Shown piece by piece: positions 13,855-24,408 of a stretch of 64,000 nucleotides of DNA (positions are counted from its first letter, which is position 1; every line of letters begins with the position of its first letter). A program made the translations under genes and the position numbers. Below the pieces are notes generated by a model. That model was given only the letters and a program-made list of their open reading frames with translations. It searched no databases and was not told the DNA's origin. Origin of the DNA: Argiope bruennichi (Eukaryota); NCBI RefSeq assembly GCF_947563725.1, contig NC_079159.1:100177559-100241558 (forward strand), read 5' to 3'.

Positions 13855-14167
13855 GCATCCAAAAGTGGTTTAAGTCAGCATTTATGTAGTTTCATATCTT
13901 TGAAAAATTTTGCGATAAAATGCTGAAATTTTATACATGACCTTATTAGAGGATGGGGCATATTTTACACACTGGACACTTTTTTGTACGGTATCCGTAT
14001 AAAAATTTAAATTTCGTATTTTTTTAAGTTTAATCCCTTGAAAATTTTATTCAATTTCATAACATTTTGCACCTTTTTTTTACGCAACTTGTAATTTGCA
14101 GTATACGTATGTCTATGATCAATATTTAACGAATAAAAGCCGCGGTCAAGGTTTTTGAGACACCCTG
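13855..14167. repeat. Right long TIR of the mariner-like element
   Basis: Reverse complement of 11918-12200, ending ...GAGACACCCTG followed by TA. Confidence 0.7.
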
Positions 14168-15183
14168 TATATATGCCAGTTATTAAGTAGAAATGTTCTC
14201 TATACTATCGATTTAGGAATGTTGAGTTCTGGACTTAGCATGATGGTAATTTGAAAAATAAGCCGAAACGTCAATTTCTACATCACATGCATAACATTAC
14301 AGCATCTTCCTCCTGTCCTCCTCTCCATTACTTTCCATGAAATTGAAGATCTTGCAGTTTTTAATTACTAAACAATTCTATTAATACACATCCTAGGAAG
14401 ATGCCGAGAATTCGGAAAACGATGTTTGTATTCTTCTATAACTAAGCCAGCATTATGATTACATAAGCATAAATCGCGTCATATACAATATTCCTTGTTT
14501 CTAAAATTCTTTTAGAAAGCGCACAAGTGCAAACAAAAAATTTGTTTTTCTTGTTCGACATTTTATATCATCTCGTAATATCTTTTGCTGTAATGTATTA
14601 TCTTGATAAGATATCTTGATTGTTCACCTTCTCAAGTCTCTCTTCTCTTTCATTAACCAATTAAAATGCTTGATTAGTATGATTAGAAATTATTTTGCTG
14701 ATTACTAAATTTTTTGAAGTCATGATGACTGGATGATGTATAATATTCGACAAATATTTACATATGACAAATTTTCTGTATTGAATAAGTGTACATTTCT
14801 GAAGAAAAAGCTTTCAGTTAAATTTGTGATTGAATTTTAAATAAGTATACCTCTGAAAATTTTGTTGATAAGAATGTGAAACTTTGAGTGTATATTGAAG
14901 AATGTAAAAGAAAAATTTTACTAACAGACACTTTTATATTATGGGGTACATAAAAAATTAATTAAAAAATTTTTTAATATCAACCTTTACAGTGTTTTTA
15001 TACAATTGCCTACTTTTATATAAAGAAATTTTGTTATTGGAAATATTTGTCTAGGTGCTATATTTTGGATAATAAAGGCTTGTTCCAATTTTTGGGGACT
15101 CAATGTATAATTTTAATAAAAAACAATGAACTTTCTCTAAATTACCACCCATATTTATCTCTTAAACAGGTATAATAAATATA

Positions 15184-15727
15184 CAGGGTGTCCCAAAAAA
15201 ATTTATACACATTTTAGCAGCTGATAACTAAGTTATTTCTTCTTTCTTTACTGACTGAACCCATTGAACCGAGTGATGGCAGACAGACTTGAATTTGAAG
15301 AAAGGAAATTTATTCTAAAATGCTACTGGAAGTATGAAAATGCAGTAGAAGTGCAAAGACAATTTAAGAGGGAGTTTAACAAAGAACCACCTACACGAGT
15401 TACTATCACTCGAATTAGAGCTAAGTTTGAAGCTGATGGAACTGTTCAGGACGTCCATAAACCTGCAACAGTTGTTCAATTGAGGGCAACCATTGAACAT
15501 GAATGTACGAATATCCCAAGGGAATTGTTCCATCATGTGTGCTATTCCATCGCTTCGCGTTGTCAGCAGTGTCTGGAGCAGAGCGGACATCAGTTTGAGA
15601 ACATGCGATAACAAGACAATAGAATGATATTTGTAGAATCTTTTACATGCTGAAAATTATTCGAATTATAATAAACCCCAAATTTACAATTATTTAAAGT
15701 GTGTATACTTTTTTTTGGGACACCCTG
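15184..15727 (+). mobile_element. MITE-like internal-deletion derivative of the same maT-like family (perfect 28-bp TIRs, TA TSD)
   Basis: The 5-prime TIR is ACAGGGTGTCCCAAAAAAATTTATACAC (15184-). The 3-prime end is GTGTATACTTTTTTTTGGGACACCCTGT (to 15727), which is its reverse complement with one extra A. TA is at 15182-15183 and at 15728-15729. The 544-bp element carries one 115-aa ORF. Confidence 0.85.
15264..15611 (+). CDS. Truncated transposase ORF: N-terminal DUF4817-type HTH fused in frame to the transposase C-terminal tail (DDE core deleted)
   Basis: MNRVMADRLEFEERKFILKCYWKYENAVEVQRQFKREFNKEPPTRVTITRIRAKFEADGTV... matches the HTH of the 12617 pseudogene. ...NIPRELFHHVCYSIASRCQQCLEQSGHQFENMR matches its C-terminal ITEQEL...CIGIEGKQFEQVM tail. 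Confidence 0.6.
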   Translation: MNRVMADRLEFEERKFILKCYWKYENAVEVQRQFKREFNKEPPTRVTITRIRAKFEADGTVQDVHKPATVVQLRATIEHECTNIPRELFHHVCYSIASRCQQCLEQSGHQFENMR

Positions 15728-16540
15728 TATATATATTTATTCATTTACTTTTGACAACAAAATCCTTTTTCGACTTTTTAATGCTTTATCTTAGGAAAGT
15801 AATAAATCCATTTCTTTATAGGCATATTAACAGAATATTTACTTTGTATTTGTTAACAGCTGATGTAGTTGTTACAGTGTTAAACTATTAGACAATACAG
15901 CCTCAATCTCGAGGAATTCGTCACTCTGTCCTTTACTCTTCTATTGAAAATGTTTGCCTGTCTTATAATAAACGTTTTCAGTAAAATAAATTTATTACTA
16001 ATGAAGGAAAACAAAAGATCCCAAATTTAGCCTTTTAATGATATGAAGAAGATTTTCTTTCCCTTAAAATCCTCATTTCGAAAGTTTATTTTCAGATCTT
16101 TTCTTACATAATGTAAAAGCCGAGTGTATTATATTTTTGTGCGAATTCTTCGATTGAAATTCCCATCAGCAACTCGTATTTTGCGTTAAAAGAAGAAATG
16201 TTGAAATGTATCTACTTCTAAGCATCGTTTTTTTTTTTTTGAGTGAGAGAGAGAGAGAGCTGAATATGCTGTGGAAAAATTATAAAATAGATTCTTTTTT
16301 TAGCTCAACAAACGCGGTGTCCCTCGAATGAAGTATGGTCGTATCCTGTCGATGGCTGCAATACATGCTTACCAGAACCGTTTTGTGAAACAAGACAAGA
16401 ATTTGGCTGTAACTGCAGAAGCGGATACACAAGAGAGATCTTCACTGGATTCTGCATTTCGAGAGCTCTTTGTCCACGTAAGTAGTTTATCATTAGTTTG
16501 CCATAACCAGAGCTCTAAAAAAAAGTTATTAACTATCTCT

Positions 16541-16938
16541 TTATGTAATCTCTGGCCATTTTGGATTACATGTGAACGTGATAAATAAACATGGTCGTCC
16601 ATATTCGCGCACGAAAGTCAGAGCATCCTGTATATATTCTTGCATATGACGTGGACTGCCTACGTACGATGATGGTAAAATGACATGGTTACCAATTTCG
16701 GCGACGTCGGCGTTGTTGTTGGTAGCGTCTCGCAAATGAATGTACTCTTCCGCGCGCAGCTTTTGTTGATTATATCGTAAGTATCGTAGTCGTTCGCTCT
16801 CAATCTTCGCGTACATGTCGACCATGAATTGTTGACAAAGCTCACGACATCGTAAAATGACGTTGTCCAGGCCACGTCTAATCATTAATCGGTACGCATA
16901 ATAATCCTTTGAGCTAACGTTCTTGTTTGTTTCAGCTC
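16541..16938 (-). CDS. Helitron Rep protein, exon 2 (Helitron_like_N core ending FITFTCNPKWPEIT)
   Basis: See the exon 1 and intron evidence. A stop follows PEIT. Downstream sequence (16305-16493, another frame) is degenerate. Confidence 0.6.
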
Positions 16939-17039
16939 CTGTAATATTTGTTCATAAAAATTAATTTAAATTTATTACGTTCAATAATTTAATTGTTTTG
17001 TTAAATGATTAATGATCAAATTAATAATGAATGAAGTAC
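16939..17039 (-). other. Predicted 101-bp intron in the Helitron Rep gene
   Basis: On the minus strand the donor is ATCAG|GTACTTCATTC and the acceptor is ...TTTTTATGAACAAATATTACAG|GAGCTG.
Splicing joins ...RDPVS-G-AETNKNVSSKDYYAYRLMIRRGLDNVIL... in frame.
This restores a continuous Helitron_like_N domain across ORFs 16981-18189 and 16541-16885. Confidence 0.5.
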
Positions 17040-18189
17040 CTGATACGGGATCTCGTTGTTTTATGTTTATGCAATATCCGTCTTGTCCTTTCCAGAATAT
17101 TAGCGGATATTGGAGAGCGTCATATGAACGATGTGTGTCAGCAATGAACTGAAGATTATTATTTCTTCTACGAATCAGAATTTCTCGTGCAGCTGTACAA
17201 TCGCCAACCATGATTCCAGCAACATCATCAACAACGGGTGCATTGAATCTACGAATATGCTCTCCAGCTGGTGTTTTATCAGGATTAATGACGATAGCGT
17301 GATTATCGCTTTGTAATTGGTGCATATGTGATTTGAATATTTTCAACAACTCGTTGTGCTCGTTCAAAAGAGCATCTAGCTCGCTGACGATGCGCCTGGC
17401 ATAAAGTGAATCAAGGTTATTATAATCACAACGTGCATTCACGCGATTGGCAAGTGCGCTTCCGGAATCCTCGCCGCCCATAAAGTAGATTTGTAAGAAT
17501 TTATGTGGTTCGTTTGGCATTGGCAGCAGTGAGCCCATTTTATGATAAACTTGGCTTCTGATTTTGAATGTAGAATTGAATTGTTGACCATTTGCATTAG
17601 TATTTCGAACTATTTCTGTTGCTCCGAACGATGTCATTTGAAAGCATGAATTGAATCTTCGAATTGACTTCAGGAACACGTTAGAATCTGGATCCGTGCC
17701 GATAAGTAAGCCGTTCAATGGTTCAGGTGGTGTTTCAATTTCAGGTAGTTGCACTTTTCCTGACGCGCAACACATCCCAGCTGGCTCATTTTTGAATTTC
17801 AGAGCATGACAATGCGGACATTCCTTGTCCATAGCACCAATTACCACTTTTGAATGAGCATAATATTCAATATCGGGCTCATACTGGAATGCTAGACGCA
17901 GGAATGAATCAGATATAAATGCTCGATGTACCTGCTGTCGTTGTTGGTCATTTGTTCTTCGTCTATTGACTGTGAAACGGCGTGATTGTCGTTGTTCTAA
18001 TCTTCTGCCTTCATTGCGTTCAGCTCGTGTATCTTCTGGCTCTTCTTGATGCAATTGCGCCATTCTGACACGTGCATCAGTATTTTGTTGCTGGATTTGT
18101 TCTTCTGTTCTTTCGGATCTGCTATTTCGCAAGTTTCGAGCTTTACTTGTACTGCGGCTCAAATCAGCCCCTTTGCGTTTTCTTGGCAT
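17040..18189 (-). CDS. Helitron Rep protein, exon 1 (N-terminal zinc-finger-like region and start of the Rep domain)
   Basis: A 402-aa ORF starts with Met at 18189. A predicted splice donor, DPVS then G|GTACTT, lies at 17040/17039 on the minus strand. Confidence 0.65.
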
Positions 18190-19439
18190 TGCTCACTGTA
18201 AAAATTGAAACTATGAAAATCTTAATTGTTCAATTACATTTTTTTAATAAAATTAAATTAAAATTACATTTTTATAAGATCAACAACATTTTCGATATAA
18301 ATAAAAAAAAGTATACTTACAACACAAAATCCGTTGTTATTGGAAGCTCGTGTCACGTGTTGAGTACTTTTGAGGTTATAAAATCACTTGATTAACTAAT
18401 CGTGCAAAATACACTCAAAATTGATAATTTAATTATTATTGATAAAATAGGAATGATTAAAAGTTAATATGAGAGTTACACTGAGATAGCAAAATAATAA
18501 TTGTCAACGTTACTACTACACTTGATGCATAAACAATAATGATGGCCGACAACTGTGTAGGGAGTGAGAAAGAAAGGAGACCGGCTTCGTTCTCATCCCT
18601 ACTCCGTGCTGTTTACTGGGTCAGAAGTGACACCTGTAGACATCTGGCGGGGATAACTAATTAAATGACGATTGATCAGTTTTCGACCGGAGAGGAAAAA
18701 TGATTAAATTACTAAAATGGCTATTAAAAAATAAGGGCTGATCGTAGAAGGGGGAAAATTGAGGATTGTATGTATTTTTGTATGTTGTATCATAAAAAAA
18801 TAGAAATTAAAAATTTTGTCTAAAAAAAAATAAAAAAAAATTAGGGGTGGACTACCCCTAACATTTAGGGGGATGAAAAATAGATGTTGGCCGATTCTCA
18901 TAGATACCGGATAAGCACAAAAAATTTCATCAAAATCGGTCAAGCCGTTTCGGAGGAGTATGGCAACGAAAACTGTGACACGAGAATTTTATATATTAGA
19001 TTGATTCTTCCAGCCATTCGATTCCAAAATTACATAGCATTATCTCTCGCGTCTTCCAGAATAGATGCTACTTTGATATTTTGGAAGAAGTTCTCATTCC
19101 GCTTTGAAATTGCCATTGAGCATGCAATTCATTGAAACTTCCACGTGCAACATTTTCAAAGCATCCAACATCTGAAAAGTATTGAAGAAATGCAAACATA
19201 TAGTTTGAGATGATTTTAGAATGGAGTACAAAAAATCACTCGACGTTTTTGATAGATCATTGTAAGATTTGTGTGGAAACATAAGGCATTTAGCTTAATA
19301 TTGTACTGCATTATATTGCTATAAACATTAATATTACTTGCAGGAAATTTCAGGCAAAAAATTGCCTCTAATTCCTCATCGACACCAACGGACGAAATAA
19401 ATGTTTGCCTGAAATATTCTCCTGGATGGCGACACATAA

Positions 19440-20240
19440 AGATATTAAAATTACCAGCTACAAAACGATAGATCAGCTGAGTTATTCTTACATCAATTGC
19501 TGGAAATTAGGAACGGAAAGGCGTTGGTTGATCCAATCTCAGGAATGATTTCATTGTTTCATAACTTCTGCAATTCGGAGACGTCAAAGGAAATATTAGT
19601 TGAAAAAGCATTTTCCAATATACAAAGCAGTTATAAGAAACAGGATTGGCTGAATGAATGAGCTATTCTTGCGACCAAGGAGAAAGACATCTACAAACTG
19701 AACAATATTATTTAGTCTAACTTTCAAAATGAGACAGTCACCTACAAGTCCGTCGACACTGTTATGGGAGCAGATGAAGTAGTTCATTAACCAACAAGTG
19801 TTTTGAATTCCCTCGATCTGCCAGGGAGGCTGCCGCACATGCTACAATTGAAAATCGGCGTGCAAATTATCATGTTACGAAATATCTATAAAGCAAAGCT
19901 TTGCAAAACCACACGGTTTGTCGTAGAAATGATGATGAGCAATATAGTAGAAACAATAATTTTGACAGGACCTTGCAAAAGTGAAGTTCTCCTCGCATTC
20001 CTATGATTCTAACAAATATGCCATTTCAGTTTACGAGATCGCAATTTTCTTTCGATTGGAGTTTGTAATTGACATTAACAAAACTCAGGGCCAATCTTTA
20101 AAATTGTGCGGTTTATATATGCTTTTCATATACACAATTCCAGATTTCCATGTTCTTAAGTCGGGTAACCAGACAATCTCAAAATTTGCAAAGACAATGG
20201 GACAACAAAAATATAGTATACTCATAAGCATTGTAAAATA
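19440..20240 (+). pseudogene. Pif1-like (Helitron-type) helicase C-terminal fragment, pseudogenised, plus strand
   Basis: Shifted plus-strand frames give LLEIRNGKALVDPISG (for LL.IGNG....I.IP), DWLNE*AILATKEKDIYKLNNII (for WL..RAILAPKN..VD.IN..IL) and VTYKSVDTV (for Y.S.DS).
They also give LDLPGRLPHMLQLKIGVQIIMLRNIYKAKLCKTTRFVV (for ...P..L.LKVG.PIMLLRNL....GLCNGTRL.V), IPRIPMIPSDMPFQFTRSQF (for IPRI.L.PSD...PF.F.R.QFP) and VIDINKTQGQSL (for AMTINKSQGQTL).
The fragment is interrupted by stops and frameshifts. Confidence 0.75.
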
Positions 20241-20380
20241 AAACATATTAGAAATATGCACTTTATCTTTTCTTTCTTTTCCATTTAGCCAACCTGAGAC
20301 AAAACAACACATGACCGGGTACAGCTAGGGTTCATTAAATTTTTAACTGTGTTTCAAATACATGCATTTATGTGTTCATC

Positions 20381-20661
20381 TGAGGCCACGGTGACCTGAT
20401 GGTAAGGTCTCGCCTTCGGAACTGGAGGGTGTCAGGTTCGAGACCCAATTCCACCGAAGAACCGTCGTGTAAGTGGGTCTGGTGCACGCTAAATCGTCCG
20501 GGCCAAATGTCCTCCCGCTGGTGTGGTGTGGAGAGAGGGGGTGCTGGCTCAGGTGTCGTCCTCGTCATCTGACCGGGGTTCAAATGTACGAGCTCCGTCC
20601 CCAAATAGCCCCCGTGTTGCTGTAAAACGAGACGTGAATATAACTAAAGTAAACTAAACTT
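20381..20661 (+). mobile_element. tRNA-derived SINE, copy 2 (same family as 4881-5167)
   Basis: Collinear with copy 1: GGTGACCTGATGGTAAGGTCTCGCCTTCGGAACTGGAGGGTGTCAGGTTCGAGACCCAATTCCACCGAAGAACCGT ... GTTGCTGTAAAACGAGACGTGAATATAACTAAAGTAAACTAAAC. It was inserted immediately downstream of the helicase pseudogene. Confidence 0.7.
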
Positions 20662-21216
20662 ATGTATTGACCTGCTTTCTGTATTTATTCCAAATAAGTG
20701 GTTATTTTTAACTTTAATGCATGTTATCCTTGGGTGTAAAGTTCATCTATACGATGAAACTAGATTTGGTATTTTGCTAAGGGTGAAATTTCGGCACTGC
20801 TTTGTTTGGAATACAAAATGAAATAATAATAATAATAATAATTTTTTGAAGTGATTGTTTTAACTTAGTATTGATTTGGTTTTGAAACTTTAGAATGATG
20901 TAACATTTCAATTAAATAGTTTTTGAATTATGCTTCTTTTCTTTCTAGATTAAAAAAAAAAAATATTTAAATTTAGTTATTCTCATACAGTTTCGTTAAC
21001 TTACTGCTACTTTTAGCAATAGCTGCTAAATAATAGGCAAGGCAAGTTTATGATCTGTGTCTTAATTGCGTCTCATTTGATTAGAACTAATATTTTTCTT
21101 CATAATCACGTCTGTACTGAATTAATGTTTGTATTGTTTATTATTATATTTTTCAAACTAACGATGTTCTTCAATTTTTATTACAATTTTATTATATTTG
21201 TTATGAATTTTTCTAG

Positions 21217-21370
21217 TGGCTCCTGCGACTGTTTCAACAATAACATCGACGAATTCCACAATGGAACCAACTAACACTTCCATGGAATCTACTACCCCTA
21301 CCATGGAATCTACTACCGCTACCATGGAACCAACTTCCGCTACCATGGAATTCAACTCTACAGCAACATG
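21217..21370 (+). other. Coding-like 21-bp tandem repeat (about 5 units, TMESTTP-type), a possible terminal exon of a Thr/Ser-rich mucin-like protein; the strand is ambiguous
   Basis: The units are ACCATGGAATCTACTACCCCT, ACCATGGAATCTACTACCGCT, ACCATGGAACCAACTTCCGCT and ACCATGGAATTCAACTCTACA. The plus frame reads APATVSTITSTNSTMEPTNTSMESTTPTMESTTATMEPTSATMEFNSTATA then stop, preceded by an acceptor-like TTTTTCTAG|T at 21209-21217. The minus strand carries a 101-aa ORF (21158-21463) with a hydrophobic N-terminus. A period of 21, which is 3 times 7, is consistent with coding. Confidence 0.3.
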
Positions 21371-22683
21371 AGCACTGAGATCAAAACTAAAAGAATATGA
21401 ATAGATAATTTTCAAATGGAAAAAACTGAATAATTTTAATAGTGAAACAGATAATAATGGCAAACTAGGATATTTTTTATCAATCTTTAAGACATTGAAA
21501 AAATAAAAAACGTTATCATTTCATCTCAGAAAACTTATGAAATAATACTGAAAATTTACCATTTCAAATTAAGGCTTTCAATCCCAACAGAAATATTGTC
21601 CTTCAACCAATTTAATTTGTTGGCAATAAGTCTTTTAAATAAATGAAACAAAGAGAGACCAAATAATATATAGAAAGATCACCAGAATCCAAAAATTTCT
21701 TTTTCACATAATCTTAAAAATAGGGAGGGGGACAGAATTTTTATCATTTCAAATAAATATGTTATGCACTTATTCAGAATGCTGAAAACATTCACAATAA
21801 TTTTATTTATTTTAAAATATTTTCTTCCACTGTTATATTTAATAAGAGTTATTTTTTAAATTTAATTCACAATTGAGAAAAGAAATGATATTGGAGATTG
21901 TTAGTTATTGATTTATTTGTCAATAAATTTCTGTAAGCACATAGAAAAAAAAATTTCTTCTGGAATGAAAATAACAATAATTTTTTCGATCACTTTCTTC
22001 TGAAAAACGATTTTTTTAACATAAAGATTTCTTTCCTTATAATGTATCCGACTCTCTGACTGGGTTTTCATGATTTCCGATATTCAACTTTATAATAAAG
22101 TAGTCAAAATACCAATTAATTTAAAACGCAAATATCATTTAAACGCACATAAAAATCTGAGGAGTCATTTGCATTCTTGTGCGCTTGGAAACAATAAATG
22201 CCACAATAAAATGCGGTGTTTAGTTAAAAAAAATATTAAAAATAAATTCAGAAGATAATAAATAATAAGGTGAATGATGGTAGAAAACTTTTATATTCCT
22301 CTCATATATGTAGTTGGCATTTTAAAGGATATTTATAATTTCTTTAGTATTTATTAAAGACTTTACTAAATTTATCTTTATTTGGTATTTACTAAGGGTT
22401 TTATTTTAACAAAGTTCTTCCAGAATTTCTTTTTTTTTTCTTATATAGGTTATTTTTTATATCAATAGAAATATTTATTTTATTTTACTGAATGCTTCTA
22501 AATTAGACTTACAAGTTATTACAGTATGCAGAAAACAAAAGGCGAGTTATATTCTCTAAAGGGAGCATAAAGTAATTACAGCTGGTTAAATAATGTGTGA
22601 TTAAAATGAAATAAATCTACAAATGCTGAATGCAAAATAGTTTGAATTGTTGCGCAAATAGTTTTATTAAACATAATAACAAG

Positions 22684-22817
<134 letters not shown>

Positions 22818-22945
22818 GCAATTAAACAGTATTCCAAATTTCAGAAATTATCAGTGATGCACTCTTGGCTTTGTTATCCAATGACTACTCTCCCTTTTCG
22901 AGGAATTCCGTTCATCACAAAATCATTTTTCTAACGTTTAATTTG

Positions 22946-23167
22946 CTACTTCATTAAAGCATCCTCCTTTGTATCTGTGTCAAAATATTCTTTGGGATCG
23001 ATGCACTTTTCATCAAGTCCCCTGACGAGTCCCTCTTCGCACACGCAACCTGGAACACAAATCCGGGTGCAAGGCAAAGGTTTCATCCAATTGGTGCAGT
23101 TTTTCTGATAGTGCGCTCGCTCTACAGGGGTCGAAACGTTCTTTGGGTGGACATCCCGCTTGATCAA
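22946..23167 (-). CDS. TIL-domain (trypsin-inhibitor-like cysteine-rich) exon, paralog 1, probably degenerate
   Basis: The translation is LIKRDVHPKNVSTPVERAHYQKNCTNWMKPLPCTRICVPGCVCEEGLVRGLDEKCIDPKEY.... It has the TIL signature ...C-x3-C-x3-C-x-C-x3-[FL]VR-x5-C-[IV]. Aligned to paralog 2, the C1, C2 and C3 positions are H, R and Y. The exon is preceded on the minus strand by a poly-T tract followed by CAG (acceptor-like) at 23168-23190. The M in the ORF track is really a TTG codon. Confidence 0.55.
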   Translation of the reverse strand: MIKRDVHPKNVSTPVERAHYQKNCTNWMKPLPCTRICVPGCVCEEGLVRGLDEKCIDPKEYFDTDTKEDALMK

Positions 23168-23285
23168 CTGAAAAAAAAAAAAAAAAAAATCGTCAATTTT
23201 AATACGCGTCGCACATTATACTTTAAAATGTAATATAGAATTTGAATTTGTAATTCTTTTTAATCAAGGGGAAAAACAATTTTCT

Positions 23286-24050
23286 CTTTCTCGTATACGG
23301 AGTGTATAGAAAGTACTGTAATAGTCAAAAAAAAAAAAAAAAAAAAAGAAATCGAACACGAGATTTTGGCGAATCTCCACATTTTTTACCACCCTAGGTT
23401 CGAAGAACACATTTTTGGAATTATGCATTTGTCTTCGTTCCAAGAAATAACTCACACACGCTTTGAGCTAGATGGATGGAATTTGGTCTTTACGCTAAAT
23501 TTGTAGATTTCTATCAAGTTTTGAGTAAAATCCATCCTGAGGGAGTTTGTCCGTTCAGCTCTTCAATATAAGTTGACACGATAACTACAAAACGAAGAGA
23601 ACTAGATGGATAAAATTTGGCACGCATATTTAACATCTGTATTGTAGAAACTTAACAAACTTCGAGCTAAATCCAATTAGGTGGGTGACCGTCTGTTGGT
23701 CCATACTTTACATGTAGACGCAATAATTCAAAAACGCTGACTGAGCTATATAACATGCGATTTTGTGACTACAAATATAGTTCTATATCACATTTTCGTT
23801 TCAATCGGTTGGGAAAAATGAGTCTAAAACACAAATTTGGTTTTCGGATACTCTTAATTGGCATGCAAGGGATTAATCAACAAAACTTTCCAATTATTAC
23901 ACGATAGATTCAGTAAAAATGCTAAATTCATGCCAAAGGTTAATATTTCATAACTATTGTACATTTATGTCATGCAAGGCATTCTCTGGGATAACATTTT
24001 TATTAGAGAATATGCGAGAAAGTTTTGGGGAAACCATTTCTACTGGTGAA
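23286..24050 (+). repeat. Dispersed non-autonomous repeat family, copy 1 of 4
   Basis: It shares long collinear blocks with 27930-28235, 29643-30557 and 40136-40645. Examples are AATCGAAC.CGAGATTTTGGCGAATCT, ACGCTTTGAGCTAGATGGATGGAATTTG, TAGATTTCTATCAAGTTTTGAG.AAAATC and ATTAGAGAATATGCGAGAAAGTTTTGGGGAAACCA. A short inverted terminal motif (CTTTCTCGTATAC ... GTATGCGAGAAAG) is present. It has no ORF. Confidence 0.65.
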
Positions 24051-24408
24051 AAAAAAGGAAGGGAAAAAATGGACTTTTGAAGAACTACTACAAGTCCTAA
24101 AAATTCACACTAATGCGCAGTTGTTCATTCATTTCCATTAGCTGCTCCATGACTTAAATATCTGCCGACGATATCTTAATCTCCATTGCATTATCTTCGA
24201 CTGCAATTGCAGCACTAATTATCCAATTAACGATATTTAAAATTGCGTGGTCGACCGCGAATTCTCGACTTTCACGCCGGTATAAAACGGACTTAATATT
24301 GCATATCTAAAAATTAATGCTTGTCAGAACACGTCGAATAGTTTTGTGCATTCAATAGTTTGGAAGAAAAGCAAGAATTCGAAACGAAAAAATATTTTCT
24401 CTTTCTGG

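Larger units (their letters stand above)
11918..14167 (+). mobile_element. Degenerate Tc1/mariner-superfamily (maT-like) transposon with long terminal inverted repeats
   Basis: The 5-prime end is TA|CAGGTGTCTCAAAAATCTTGATCGCGGC (11918-) and the 3-prime end is GCGGTCAAGGTTTTTGAGACACCCTG|TA (to 14167). TA dinucleotides flank both ends, which is the Tc1/mariner TSD. The terminal roughly 300 bp are long inverted repeats: 11918-12200 is the reverse complement of 13855-14167. They share blocks such as TTATACGGACCCCGTATAAAA, GTGCCCCATCCTCTAATAAG and GGTGCAAAATGT.A.TGAAAT. A multi-frame transposase pseudogene lies inside. Confidence 0.8.
16305..18189 (-). mobile_element. Helitron Rep (Helitron_like_N) coding relic, truncated (no helicase downstream on this strand)
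   Basis: Minus-strand ORFs carry hallmark Helitron N-terminal/Rep motifs. They include CPHCHALKFKNEPAGMCCASGKVQLP, ...HKFLQIYFMG..., and in the next ORF YRLMIRRGLDNVIL...QQFMVDMYAKIESERLRYLRYNQQKLRAEEY...GNHVILPSSYVGSPRHMQEYIQDALTFVREYGRPCLFITFTCNPKWPEIT. The reading frame degenerates below about 16540. The relic ends near a poly-T/(GA)n tract at about 16230-16260. Confidence 0.85.

Noticed and set aside
20240-20380. A Helitron 3-prime terminus (hairpin plus CTRR) downstream of the helicase fragment, near GGGTACAGCTAGGG.
   Set aside because: No convincing GC-rich hairpin precedes the CTAG, so the end cannot be called from sequence alone.
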